64,000 nt of DNA, from assembly GCA_965230295.1 (NCBI GenBank), contig OZ246001.1:800001-864000 (forward strand), given 5' to 3'. Origin of the DNA: Marinicella sp. (GTDB lineage Bacteria; Pseudomonadota; Gammaproteobacteria; Xanthomonadales; Marinicellaceae). Below the pieces are notes generated by a model. The model was not told the origin of the DNA. It searched no databases and saw nothing but the letters and a program-made list of their open reading frames with translations. The position numbers and the translations under genes were made by a program. This document shows, piece by piece, positions 1-9,010 of the stretch (position 1 is its first letter; every line of letters begins with the position of its first letter).

Positions 1-1365
1 GTCTTCCGCCTGGGACTGATACTGACTGCCCTGGTGCAGTATCATATGTTGGGGGCGTTGAATTACACCATGATCAGTGCTTTGTTCAACATCAGTGTCG
101 TGTTATCCAGCTTATTGGTTTGGATCATCATCTTGAAAAAGACCATTGACCAATTTCCCCAAGCCAAATATTTACTGGTGGCTTGGACCCTGCTCATTGG
201 TTCTGTGGTCTTAAGAATTATATTTTCCATGAACCCCCATCCTGACCTCATCTGGATGGCACACAGTTATGAGATTGCCATCATGTTGGAAGGTTTAATA
301 CTGGCTTTTGGACTGGCCAACAGGACTTCAGAATTTCGAGAACAACGAGACCAAGCTGTCAGCAAATACACCGACGCCGAGCGCTCTATATACAAGCACC
401 AGCTCATCACACAGTTCCAACAAGAAATACAAGAGCTGGTTAAAGACCCCACTTTGGATGTTGCCGAAGTGGCAGAAAAAATTAACATCAAGTTTCATTT
501 ATTGATCAATCGAGCCTTTCCAATAAAGAATTCATTGCTGCACATAGACAAAGAGTTGAGGGGTATTTGCACCACAGGCTTGCAACATATTGATTTGGAT
601 TTATTGACTTTTAAATTAAACGAAGTCTTCTCCACCAATATGAAAAATCAACTGGGCCAATATGAAATCACCACATCAGACCACAAAACCTTGGACTTTT
701 TATACCTGCCTTTAAGCTCTGAAGAATTCAAAAACACCCGATTTGTTTTTGGTTTGAAACACAACAATCCCGTCAATCCCAGATTAATGAAGGAATTCAG
801 GTCATTCTGTGAAGCCGCTTATACAGCGTTAACTCAAGCAGAACAAGTACACCAAGTGGCATTGGCGGCCAACCAAGACAGTATGACCGATTGTCATAAC
901 CGCAGCAGCATTGAAAAGGTCATCAAAGAATCACTGAAGCATGCCAAACGCACAACTGTGGCCTATATTGATTTAGATAATTTAAAAGAGATCAATGACC
1001 AACACGGCCACCACATTGGTGACCAAGGCATTATAGAATTCTCACAATTGTTAAAGCAATGCTTGAACAGCCAAGCAAAAATTGGACGCGTTGGTGGTGA
1101 TGAATTCATCGCTGTTTTTTCCGATGTTGAGTTTGAAAGCTGCGAAGAAATGCTGGAAGATTTTATGCAACAATTGAGCCAATGTGTGTTGACAGAAGCA
1201 GGGTTGACGATCACCAGCAGTATTGGCTTGGCTGAGTCCAGGTTACATGAAACGGATAAATCATTGGTGCAAAAAGCAGATGCGGCCCTGTATCACGCCA
1301 AGGAACAAGGCCGGAACCAAGTAACAGTCTACCAAATGTCTATGGCGAATCGACTGACCGGCTAA
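1..1365 (+). CDS. Membrane sensor diguanylate cyclase (7TM-DISM-like membrane region plus GGDEF), 5' end outside window
   Basis: Frame is open from base 1. Hydrophobic helices end in LEGLILAFGLANR (7TM-DISM-like). C-terminal domain has DSMTDCHNR, YIDLDNLKEIND..GH..GD, RVGGDEF, SIGLA and ADAALYHAKEQGRN. No RxxD I-site upstream of GGDEF. Confidence 0.88.
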   Translation, partial: VFRLGLILTALVQYHMLGALNYTMISALFNISVVLSSLLVWIIILKKTIDQFPQAKYLLVAWTLLIGSVVLRIIFSMNPHPDLIWMAHSYEIAIMLEGLILAFGLANRTSEFREQRDQAVSKYTDAERSIYKHQLITQFQQEIQELVKDPTLDVAEVAEKINIKFHLLINRAFPIKNSLLHIDKELRGICTTGLQHIDLDLLTFKLNEVFSTNMKNQLGQYEITTSDHKTLDFLYLPLSSEEFKNTRFVFGLKHNNPVNPRLMKEFRSFCEAAYTALTQAEQVHQVALAANQDSMTDCHNRSSIEKVIKESLKHAKRTTVAYIDLDNLKEINDQHGHHIGDQGIIEFSQLLKQCLNSQAKIGRVGGDEFIAVFSDVEFESCEEMLEDFMQQLSQCVLTEAGLTITSSIGLAESRLHETDKSLVQKADAALYHAKEQGRNQVTVYQMSMANRLTG

Positions 1366-1378
1366 CAAGGCAGTCAAC

Positions 1379-2368
1379 TTATAAAGTGGTGGTCCACTGC
1401 CAAGTGTCTTGACTCAGGCCGTTTTGAATACCTGTCAATGCAGATTTCAACTGCATTGATTTTTCACCAACACCACCATGACCCACAGCATGTTCATTAC
1501 CATTGAATATCACAGATCCAACAGGTGAAAGGACGGCTGCAGTCCCGGATAAGAATGCTTCTGATTGTGGTAACCACGACAACAAATCTTGAACTGTGTA
1601 ATCCATTTCTTTGACTTTGAAGCCTTGATCAGCCGCCAACTTCAGGATGGAATCACGGGTAATACCTGGCAAAATAGAACCGTCTAATTTCTTGGTGATG
1701 ATTTCAGAACCTTTGATCAGGATGAAATTGGCTGCGCCAGTTTCCTGTACTTGCCCACCTGGGCAAAACAACACTTGATCTGCTCCATATTGTGCCCGGG
1801 CTTGTGTCACCGAGCCCAAAGAAGCCGCATAGTTTCCGCCCGTTTTGACTTGACCGAACTTAGGTGTTGAACGCATGTTTTCGTCATCAATCAACAACTT
1901 CAGTGGCCTGACTCCACCGACAAAATAATCACCCACTGGAGAAGTGATGACATACAACAAGGCTTCCATAGAACCTCGGCCAGCAGCACCAATGTTTAAT
2001 TCAGTGCCAATCAATGTTGGCCTGATGTATAAAGCCCCGGGTAAATCTGGAATTTCATTTTCTACAGCCTTGACAGCTGACAATATCGCTTCTTCTATGA
2101 TCTCGAAATCAGGAACCGGCAAACACAACGCTGCCGCACTGTTACGCAACCGTTCAATGTTGTCTTGGTAGCGAAACAAATGGATTGATCCATCTGCCCA
2201 ACGGTATGCCTTGAGGCCTTCAAAACAAGTGCTGGAGTAATGCAATACATGGGTGGCAGGGTGGAAACTGAAAGGGCCAATGGGTTTGACCTCTACATCA
2301 CTCCACTGCTCATCTTTGTAGTTTGAAACCGCCATTTGAGCGGTGAATGCTTGTCCGAATTCGGCCAT
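1379..2368 (-). CDS. ilvE: Branched-chain amino acid aminotransferase (PLP class IV)
   Basis: LHYSSTCFEGLKAY, LYIRP, VKTGGNY (PLP lysine), ETGAAN, ILPGITR, SGTAA motifs. Confidence 0.93.
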   Translation of the reverse strand: MAEFGQAFTAQMAVSNYKDEQWSDVEVKPIGPFSFHPATHVLHYSSTCFEGLKAYRWADGSIHLFRYQDNIERLRNSAAALCLPVPDFEIIEEAILSAVKAVENEIPDLPGALYIRPTLIGTELNIGAAGRGSMEALLYVITSPVGDYFVGGVRPLKLLIDDENMRSTPKFGQVKTGGNYAASLGSVTQARAQYGADQVLFCPGGQVQETGAANFILIKGSEIITKKLDGSILPGITRDSILKLAADQGFKVKEMDYTVQDLLSWLPQSEAFLSGTAAVLSPVGSVIFNGNEHAVGHGGVGEKSMQLKSALTGIQNGLSQDTWQWTTTL

Positions 2369-2448
2369 GATTGAATACGTTGATTGAAAGGCCGCCTATT
2401 CTAACTGAATGAACTCTGTGATGATAGATTCAGGCGTCAATATTATTC

Positions 2449-2479
2449 TAGCCGGGTACACCCAATAAATACCCAGCTA
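2449..2479 (-). terminator. Hairpin downstream of panD, possible terminator or stabiliser of the pan/CoA transcript
   Basis: Minus-strand TAGCTGGGTA-N11-TACCCGGCTA, a 10-bp stem with one G-U, 23 nt after the panD stop. No strong U-tract. Confidence 0.45.
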
Positions 2480-2502
2480 AGATCAATCATCAGAATTCGT
2501 GC

Positions 2503-2901
2503 TTAGGCAGCGTGTTCAAAATTTTCTTTCTGGTGGGTCTCTTTGTTTTTTAAGATGCTGATTTTATTGTCACTGTCTACAAACACCAAGTTAGGTTGAT
2601 GGGTTTTGGCTTCCTCAGCATCCATTGAACAATAAGCCGCCAAGATCACCAAGTCTCCAGGTTGATTGTGCCTTGCTGCTGCACCATTCAAACAAATTTC
2701 GCCTGGCCCGCCTTCGATCACGTAAGTGGTTAAACGTGATCCACTGTTGCAGTTAAGGACATCGATTTGCTGGTTGATCAGTAAGCCTGCCGCTTTGATC
2801 AAGTCGGGGCAAATTGAAACGGAACCTTCGTAATTGAGGTTGGCATCCGTGATCGTTGCACGGTGTATCTTACTGTGTAACATGGTTAGGTTCATGGGCA
2901 T
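2503..2901 (-). CDS. panD: Aspartate 1-decarboxylase
   Basis: SKIHRATIT..NLNYEG/SVSI self-cleavage site, TYVI, CLNGAAAR. Confidence 0.96.
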   Translation of the reverse strand: MPMNLTMLHSKIHRATITDANLNYEGSVSICPDLIKAAGLLINQQIDVLNCNSGSRLTTYVIEGGPGEICLNGAAARHNQPGDLVILAAYCSMDAEEAKTHQPNLVFVDSDNKISILKNKETHQKENFEHAA

Positions 2902-2903
2902 AA

Positions 2904-3686
2904 TTATTTCTCCTGCTCCTGATTGATTTTTTGTGCCAGATACAGCCCTTTGAGGACCAGATCCGGAATGATTTCGTTGAATATGTTGGCATTCCTGAAC
3001 ACCGAGGTAAATCCTCCAGTGCCAATGATGACAGGTTTCTTGCCTTTGAATGATTTTTGTGTCAATCCAGCAATGATTTCTCGCATGGCCCCTTGGGCGC
3101 CATAAAACAATCCAGACTGTATGCTTTCGTTGGTGGACTTTCCAAGCACATCATTGCGCTCTATGATCTCTACGGACCCCAACTTCGAAGCACCGGATTC
3201 CAGTGCTTTCATTGACATCTTCATACCTGCCATGATCACACCACCCATGTATTCTTTGTGGGCAGAGATGGCGCAAAATGTGGTGGCCGTACCCAAATCA
3301 ATGATGATGACATCTTGATTGGGAAACAGGTGAGTCACTGCGATGGCATTGGCAATGCGATCAGCGCCCACTTCCAGTGGGTTGCGATAGCCAATGCGTA
3401 ATCCTGTTTTAACACCCGCCTGAAGTACAAAGGGCTCTAAGTTAAAATACTTTTGACAACAGGCGTTGATGGGATACAAAACTTCTGGCACCACTGAACA
3501 CAAGGCAATGGCTTCAATGTCATTGTGATCAATGTTGTTTTCCCTCAGGACGCTGCGCAAAAATACACCATACTCATCAGACGATGCACCGGTTTTTGAG
3601 GCCATTCTGAATTGAACCTGCAATTCATCGTTATCAAACACCCCACCATGCATGTGGCTGTTTCCAATGTCTAAACATAAAATCAT
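2904..3686 (-). CDS. coaX: Type III pantothenate kinase
   Basis: LCLDIGNS, EVGADRIAN, IIDLGTATT, GGVI, GTGG motifs. Confidence 0.95.
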   Translation of the reverse strand: MILCLDIGNSHMHGGVFDNDELQVQFRMASKTGASSDEYGVFLRSVLRENNIDHNDIEAIALCSVVPEVLYPINACCQKYFNLEPFVLQAGVKTGLRIGYRNPLEVGADRIANAIAVTHLFPNQDVIIIDLGTATTFCAISAHKEYMGGVIMAGMKMSMKALESGASKLGSVEIIERNDVLGKSTNESIQSGLFYGAQGAMREIIAGLTQKSFKGKKPVIIGTGGFTSVFRNANIFNEIIPDLVLKGLYLAQKINQEQEK

Positions 3687-4345
3687 TCAACTTGCTCCAA
3701 TTTCTGAATCACTGCACCAGCCATGGCATGAACATCAACGCAAGGTGTGACCTCTTCTGTCAGACCATACAAACAAAATCCATGGGTACAATCAGTGATG
3801 TCATTCAAGTCATTGTGTGCCACCATATCAATCACATCTTGTGTGATTAACTTATTGATGGCGGATAACCTAACCTCATGACTCTTTGAATTGGTTAACT
3901 TGAAGGCCACCACCAACACATCTGGGTTAAGTGACCAGTCTTTGATTCTAGAAACCAATTTAGGTTGTTTACTTAATTCCAACCGGACCTTATCGGCTGT
4001 GGGTAATTTGATATCCCTGCCAGCTGCAAATGTCTCACCATCAAGCACGATTGATGAAACTTTGAAATCACTGACGGCAGCCGCTTGAAAAACCGCATCA
4101 TATCGGTTTTTTGACAATGCTTTTTGCAATGAATCTGCCAATTCATCAAACGTCTCATAGAAAATTTTGTGGACATTAGCATTGGGTTGAACTGCACTTT
4201 TGGCTCCCAGCCAAGTCACTTGATGACCTTGTTGGGCCAAAAAATCAACCAGATCTGCCCCTGTTCGCCCACTGCTACAGTTGCCAATGTACCTGACACC
4301 ATCTATGTACTCTTTGGTGCCGCCAGCGGTGATCAATATGTTCAT
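3683..4345 (-). CDS. coaB: Stand-alone phosphopantothenate--cysteine ligase
   Basis: ILITAGGTKEYIDGVRYIGNCSSGRTG, AAAVSDF, PKL, AFKLT, AHND. ATGA-coupled to its neighbours. Confidence 0.88.
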   Translation of the reverse strand: MNILITAGGTKEYIDGVRYIGNCSSGRTGADLVDFLAQQGHQVTWLGAKSAVQPNANVHKIFYETFDELADSLQKALSKNRYDAVFQAAAVSDFKVSSIVLDGETFAAGRDIKLPTADKVRLELSKQPKLVSRIKDWSLNPDVLVVAFKLTNSKSHEVRLSAINKLITQDVIDMVAHNDLNDITDCTHGFCLYGLTEEVTPCVDVHAMAGAVIQKLEQVE

Positions 4346-4872
4346 TTCAGTTGCTCCACAAATCTCATGATTTCATCCACTTCTGGCATGCGACCGTCAC
4401 CTTGTTCACCACAAGCCAATTCGCCTGATTTGGGCAACAAAATATCAACGCCCCACTCGTTCAGCTTATTGATGGCTGCTTGGGTCGCCGGGTAATCCCA
4501 CATCATGGTATTCATGGCGGGAACCAACACCATCGGTTTGCCCAAGCCATGCGCGGCTATCCAAACTGTGGTGACAGGATCGTCGGCTATACCTACTGCG
4601 AGCTTGTTGATGACATTTGCTGTGGCAGGACACAAGATAATTTGATCAGCCCAACGACTGACATGAATGTGATCCATCATGGCATCATTTTCGTAAACAT
4701 TGTTCATGACACGGTGCTGACTCAAACCTTCTAAGGTAGCCACACCTACAAAATTCAGCGCTCCAGGGGTGCACACCACTTTGACCTCGTCTCCTTGTTT
4801 GACCCAAGCGGAAATCAAACCGGTGGCCTTGGCACAAGCAATTGAACCAGTCATTAACAACAATCTTTTCAT
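4342..4872 (-). CDS. coaC: Stand-alone phosphopantothenoylcysteine decarboxylase (HFCD flavoprotein)
   Basis: TGSIAC.K, DHIH..RWAD, PATAN.INKLA.GIAD, PAMN..MW, LACGEQGDGRM (catalytic His and Cys present). Confidence 0.9.
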   Translation of the reverse strand: MKRLLLMTGSIACAKATGLISAWVKQGDEVKVVCTPGALNFVGVATLEGLSQHRVMNNVYENDAMMDHIHVSRWADQIILCPATANVINKLAVGIADDPVTTVWIAAHGLGKPMVLVPAMNTMMWDYPATQAAINKLNEWGVDILLPKSGELACGEQGDGRMPEVDEIMRFVEQLK

Positions 4873-5642
4873 GCTTCACCACCTTGCTCATAGGGCACAT
4901 TGTCAATCAATCTCACCTCGCCCAAACTGGCAGCAGCCAGCAAGCGGTTGTTGTAAATCGACAAATAATCAAGCTCAAAACCCAAATCTGCCAAGCGCTG
5001 TTCTTTTTCCTTGATTGTGGTGTCCGCCACTAGTATGGCATGCAGTTGCGGTGCAATTTTTCGCTGAATCGGGGTTAAGCGTAAATTTCTTGAACTCATG
5101 GCCAAACCATCTGCTTCCCGAATAATGGGACATGAAACAATTTCAACATCCATGAAAAATGCTTTTACCATACCTTGAATCAACATCAACTGTTGGTAAT
5201 CTTTTTCGCCAAAATAGGCTTTGTGTGGTTTCACCAAATTCAGTAGTTTCATCACCACCGACAAGACGCCATCGAAATGTCCAGGTCGATGTGCGCCACA
5301 GAATTGATCACTGAGCTTTTTTTCAGTCATTTGATAGGCATAATCATCGGGGTAGACACTGTGGAAATCGGGCATAAAAACTGCCATCACTCCAGCGCTT
5401 GCCAATTGCTCCAGGTCTTGCTCAAGGGTTTTGGGATAATTGGACAAATCAGACGCTTGATCAAATTGTGTTGGGTTGACAAAAATACTGACGATCACAT
5501 GGTCATTGTGCTCGTTGGCTTTTCTGATCAAAGACAAGTGGCCGGCATGTAATGCACCCATGGTAGGTACGAAACCAACCGATCCAGTTAAACCTGCACG
5601 ATATGACTGTAAAGTTGAAATGTCTGCCAAACGTTGCATCAA
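4869..5642 (-). CDS. panC: Pantoate--beta-alanine ligase (short form)
   Basis: GFVPTMGALHAGH, SIFVNPTQF, RPGHFDGV, FGEKDYQQ, GLAMSSRN, VRLIDN. Confidence 0.96.
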   Translation of the reverse strand: MMQRLADISTLQSYRAGLTGSVGFVPTMGALHAGHLSLIRKANEHNDHVIVSIFVNPTQFDQASDLSNYPKTLEQDLEQLASAGVMAVFMPDFHSVYPDDYAYQMTEKKLSDQFCGAHRPGHFDGVLSVVMKLLNLVKPHKAYFGEKDYQQLMLIQGMVKAFFMDVEIVSCPIIREADGLAMSSRNLRLTPIQRKIAPQLHAILVADTTIKEKEQRLADLGFELDYLSIYNNRLLAAASLGEVRLIDNVPYEQGGEA

Positions 5643-6427
5643 TACTGCTCCGACTCATCTGGAAACTGTTGTTTTTTCACATCATCAGCATAGGCATTGA
5701 AGGCATTCAAGAACAATTCTTCTGTGTTCAAATAGCGGCGCAAAAATTTCGGGCTGAATGCAGATGAATACCCCAACATGTCTTGTAGAACCAACACCTG
5801 GCCATCAACCGCCGCACCCGCTCCAATACCAATGGTAATCATATCAGTGTGTTTGACCAATTCACGGGTCAGTTGATCAGGCACACATTCCAGGACCACA
5901 GAAAAGCATCCCAGCGATTCCAGGGTTTTGGCCTCGTTGATGATCCTTGCTTGGTCATCGGCCGATTTTCCCTGTACTTTGAAGCCGCCGAATTGGTTGA
6001 CTGATTGTGGGGTTAAACCAATGTGCCCCATCACAGGGATGCCTGAATCAACGATGTGCTTAATGAGTGACTCATTGCCTGCAACACCTTCAAGCTTTAT
6101 GGCGTGGGCCCCTGCTTTCATCAAGGCTTCCACTGCTTTCATATTTTCGTCGAGGGATTTTCGGTATGACAAAAACGGCATATCACCAATGATGAACTTA
6201 TCCGGAGCTCCTTTAGCCACGGCGCTCACATGCTGTGCCATGGTTACATAATCTATGGGCAATGTTGAACTTTCCCCATGCATCACCATGGCAGCCGAAT
6301 CACCAACCAATATCATATCCACAGTAGATTGATTCATGATCCTCGCGGAAGAGTAATCATAACAAGTGAGCATCGCCAATTTTTCACTTGCTTGTTGCTT
6401 AGCAAATAATTGATTGATGTTACTCAT
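5639..6427 (-). CDS. panB: 3-methyl-2-oxobutanoate hydroxymethyltransferase
   Basis: MLTCYD, LVGDS, GDMPFLSY, IKLEG, GHIGLTPQS, IGIGAG, DGQVLV. Confidence 0.97.
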   Translation of the reverse strand: MSNINQLFAKQQASEKLAMLTCYDYSSARIMNQSTVDMILVGDSAAMVMHGESSTLPIDYVTMAQHVSAVAKGAPDKFIIGDMPFLSYRKSLDENMKAVEALMKAGAHAIKLEGVAGNESLIKHIVDSGIPVMGHIGLTPQSVNQFGGFKVQGKSADDQARIINEAKTLESLGCFSVVLECVPDQLTRELVKHTDMITIGIGAGAAVDGQVLVLQDMLGYSSAFSPKFLRRYLNTEELFLNAFNAYADDVKKQQFPDESEQY

Positions 6428-7230
6428 GAGTGCCTCCTTTGGTTCGACAACTCAGGTGTTTGGTGTAAATTGTAGAAAGTTTGGTAGACTGCAGACAGTG
6501 GATGATTCCTCAGGGCTTGTTGATGTTTTTCTATGGTGGCAAAATCTCCCCTGACAAATGGTCCCGTTGCTGATTTTTCAGGATTGTTGATGAAGTTTTT
6601 GGTGTTCTGCAACAAATACTGTGACATCAAATCCTTGGGTAAATTAATTTGTTCTAATTCGTGTCCCAGGGTTTTCCACAGCATTTGACTGAAATTACCT
6701 GCCATCACACAATAAGCATGGTAAAGCGCTTTATGATTTGCTTGTATGCCATGAGTTGGATTCTTGAACAATGGAAACAGGGTTTTAAACTCAACACCCT
6801 CATCAACCACAAAAGGTATGGATTGGTATGACTCCAAATCATACAAGTCTGCGCCGAATGTCATCAAGGGGTGACACCCTATGGCCAACTCAGTATTCAA
6901 TGAGCCAGAAAAATGGACACATGTTTTACCCTTTAATACTGGGTTTTGGCGTATAAAGCTTTCTATTTGGTCGTCAGGGATTAACAACAATACGGTATCG
7001 ACGCGTTCAATGGCTGCCGCCAATGACTGAGGTTTTATGAGGGATTGCAGTTTTCGTTTGAACGCCGCTAATTTAGATTGGGCACGTCCTGATGCCACAG
7101 ATTGATTGGCTTTCGATTCACGAAACCAATGTACGAAAGGCTGCCCCACCAATCCGAAATATTGGATCATGTGGTGCGCCACTTTGCCATTACCAACAAT
7201 GGCGATTTTTTCAGGTACCTGTCGATTCAC
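6424..7230 (-). CDS. Rossmann-like plus DUF2520 oxidoreductase, putative PanG-type ketopantoate reductase
   Basis: IAIVGNGKVA Rossmann motif, LIPDDQI, VHFSGS, HPLMTF, KALYHA..V.AGNF, TGP..RGD..TI..H. First gene of the pan operon, GTG start with GAGGA RBS. Confidence 0.8.
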   Translation of the reverse strand: MNRQVPEKIAIVGNGKVAHHMIQYFGLVGQPFVHWFRESKANQSVASGRAQSKLAAFKRKLQSLIKPQSLAAAIERVDTVLLLIPDDQIESFIRQNPVLKGKTCVHFSGSLNTELAIGCHPLMTFGADLYDLESYQSIPFVVDEGVEFKTLFPLFKNPTHGIQANHKALYHAYCVMAGNFSQMLWKTLGHELEQINLPKDLMSQYLLQNTKNFINNPEKSATGPFVRGDFATIEKHQQALRNHPLSAVYQTFYNLHQTPELSNQRRHS

Positions 7231-7309
7231 AGATCAAGTCCTCATTGTGTGGTGACTGATCAGCAGACCAGTCAAGTTAGTAAGTCACTGTTCACAATGA
7301 ATCAGTGCT
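7231..7309 (-). promoter_or_regulatory. Structured 5' leader of the pan/CoA operon (candidate cis-regulatory RNA)
   Basis: Two hairpins (7286-7307, 7253-7274) and a mutually exclusive long-range helix (7293-7300 with 7242-7249) that overlaps the RBS. See findings. Confidence 0.55.
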
Positions 7310-7315
7310 GTTGCT

Positions 7316-7343
7316 ATTATATGATGACTTGTCTGAATATCAA
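7316..7343 (-). promoter_or_regulatory. Sigma70-type promoter of the pan/CoA operon
   Basis: Minus-strand TTGATA (7343-7338), 16-nt spacer, perfect TATAAT (7321-7316). Confidence 0.65.
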
Positions 7344-7371
7344 GTGAATGCCAGTCAGATTCTTTCTCATC

Positions 7372-7962
7372 TTAGGGCACAGATGCTAAAAATGCCCTGA
7401 TCCCATCCAGGAACATTTGCACAGCTATGGCGATCAAGATCATACCCATCAGCCTTTCAATCGCAATCATGCCATTTTTACCCAAATATTTTTGCATGGC
7501 AGTGGCTGAGAACAGAATGATCGCTGATACCAACCAAGCGATGAACAAAGCGATGGCCAGAACATCAAATTGCTCCGGGTGCTTACTGGCCAATAAAATC
7601 AAAGTGGCCAATATAGAGGGGCCTGCCACCAAAGGGATGGCCATGGGCACCAAAAAGGGCGCTTCCTCTGAAGCTTCTTCATCACCGTATTGTTTGCTGG
7701 CAGGGAAAATCATGCGCAAAGCGATGATGAATAGAATAATGGCCCCTGCCAATGACACAGACACTTGTTCCAAATGCAGGAAATCCAACATTTGTTTGCC
7801 AAAAAACAAGAACAAATACAGGATGCCAAGTGCCAACAACAATTCCCTGGCCAACACCCGAAACCGGTTTTCTACTTTTTCCAATTGGGAAAGGAAAATT
7901 GGGATGTTACCCAACGGGTCCAAAATCAAGAACAATAAAATGGTGGCTGATAAAATATCCAT
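7372..7962 (-). CDS. MarC family integral membrane protein
   Basis: LFLILDPLGNIPIF, VPMAIPLVAGPS, IERLMGMILIAIAVQM. Confidence 0.93.
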   Translation of the reverse strand: MDILSATILLFLILDPLGNIPIFLSQLEKVENRFRVLARELLLALGILYLFLFFGKQMLDFLHLEQVSVSLAGAIILFIIALRMIFPASKQYGDEEASEEAPFLVPMAIPLVAGPSILATLILLASKHPEQFDVLAIALFIAWLVSAIILFSATAMQKYLGKNGMIAIERLMGMILIAIAVQMFLDGIRAFLASVP

Positions 7963-7974
7963 GATAACTCCCTC

Positions 7975-8010
7975 AAAAAAAAAGCCAGTTAATGGTTTTC
8001 ACTAACTGGC
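7975..8010 (-). terminator. Rho-independent terminator after bamD
   Basis: Minus-strand GCCAGTTAGTG-AAAAC-CATTAACTGGC followed by T9. Confidence 0.75.
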
Positions 8011-8033
8011 CTTGTTGTGTTTGTTGTGACTGA

Positions 8034-8870
8034 TCAAAAAGGCCAGATGTCACTCCATTTAAGCACATCTGTATCTAAATCCAGTTCCCCATCCGATAAA
8101 TAACTGTGGTTGGGATAGTTTGCTGACAACATGGCTTGGCTTTGTTCTGCCAATTCATCCTCATCAAGTTTTTTATAAGATTCCACCATCAAAGCCAAAG
8201 CATTACCAACCGAAGGTGTGTCCTGAAATGACTCCAGCACAAATTTAGCCCTGTTCACCGCTGCGATGGGCGCGCCACGCCTTAGGTAGTAAGACGCCAC
8301 TTGAACCTCATAAGCAGCCAATTGGTTTTTCAGGTACACCATGCGTTTTCTGGCATCAGGTGCATAAGAACTGTCAGGATACCTTTCGATAAAATTTTTA
8401 AATGAGATGAAGGCGTTGCGTATGTTGTCCTGATTGCGGTCTGCGGCTTTGTCGGGGTTAACCCTTTGGATAAAACCACGATCACTGTCGAAGTAAATCA
8501 AGCCTTTCAGATAATAGGCATAATCCAGGTTCTTGTGCGCAGGGTAATTTTTAACGAAGCGATCAACCGTAGTAACGGCTTGTTCCATTTGATACATCTT
8601 ATATTGGGCGTAAGCCAATTCCAGGTATCCTTGTTCGGTGTAATGTCCAAACGGATAATGTGAACGCAATGCTTTGTATTTATCAGCAGCGGTGGACCAC
8701 ACACCAGCATCCAAAGCCCTTTTGGCTCCTAAATACATTTCCAGTGAAGTCAGCTTAGTGACTTCAACTTCTCTGACCTCGTCTTTTTTCCCACAGGCTT
8801 GCAACACCAATACACTGATGACAATCAATAGGATGGCTTTAAACCCACTTGAGTTTTTGTTATTCAACAT
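8034..8870 (-). CDS. bamD: Outer membrane protein assembly factor BamD (lipoprotein)
   Basis: Lipobox LQAC, TPR repeats (YPFGHY, YAYYLKGL, YPDSSYAPDA, LAAYE..VA.YY), divergent from rluD as is typical. Start moved to ATG 8870 (AGAGG RBS). Confidence 0.93.
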   Translation of the reverse strand: MLNNKNSSGFKAILLIVISVLVLQACGKKDEVREVEVTKLTSLEMYLGAKRALDAGVWSTAADKYKALRSHYPFGHYTEQGYLELAYAQYKMYQMEQAVTTVDRFVKNYPAHKNLDYAYYLKGLIYFDSDRGFIQRVNPDKAADRNQDNIRNAFISFKNFIERYPDSSYAPDARKRMVYLKNQLAAYEVQVASYYLRRGAPIAAVNRAKFVLESFQDTPSVGNALALMVESYKKLDEDELAEQSQAMLSANYPNHSYLSDGELDLDTDVLKWSDIWPF

Positions 8871-9010
8871 GTAAAAACCTCTTTGAATCACTGAATTCTC
8901 AGTGTCAGACATTAACAAAGGGACACATTAACCGCCCTGGGCTTAAATAAAAGTTAAAACACACGGCTTTTTCATAGTTTATATGAAATGGGTCAATGTA
9001 AAATACGGCC

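Noticed and set aside
7427-8005. 192-aa plus-strand ORF
   Set aside because: Antisense shadow of marC. Hydrophobic genes often leave the opposite strand open, and it has no motifs.
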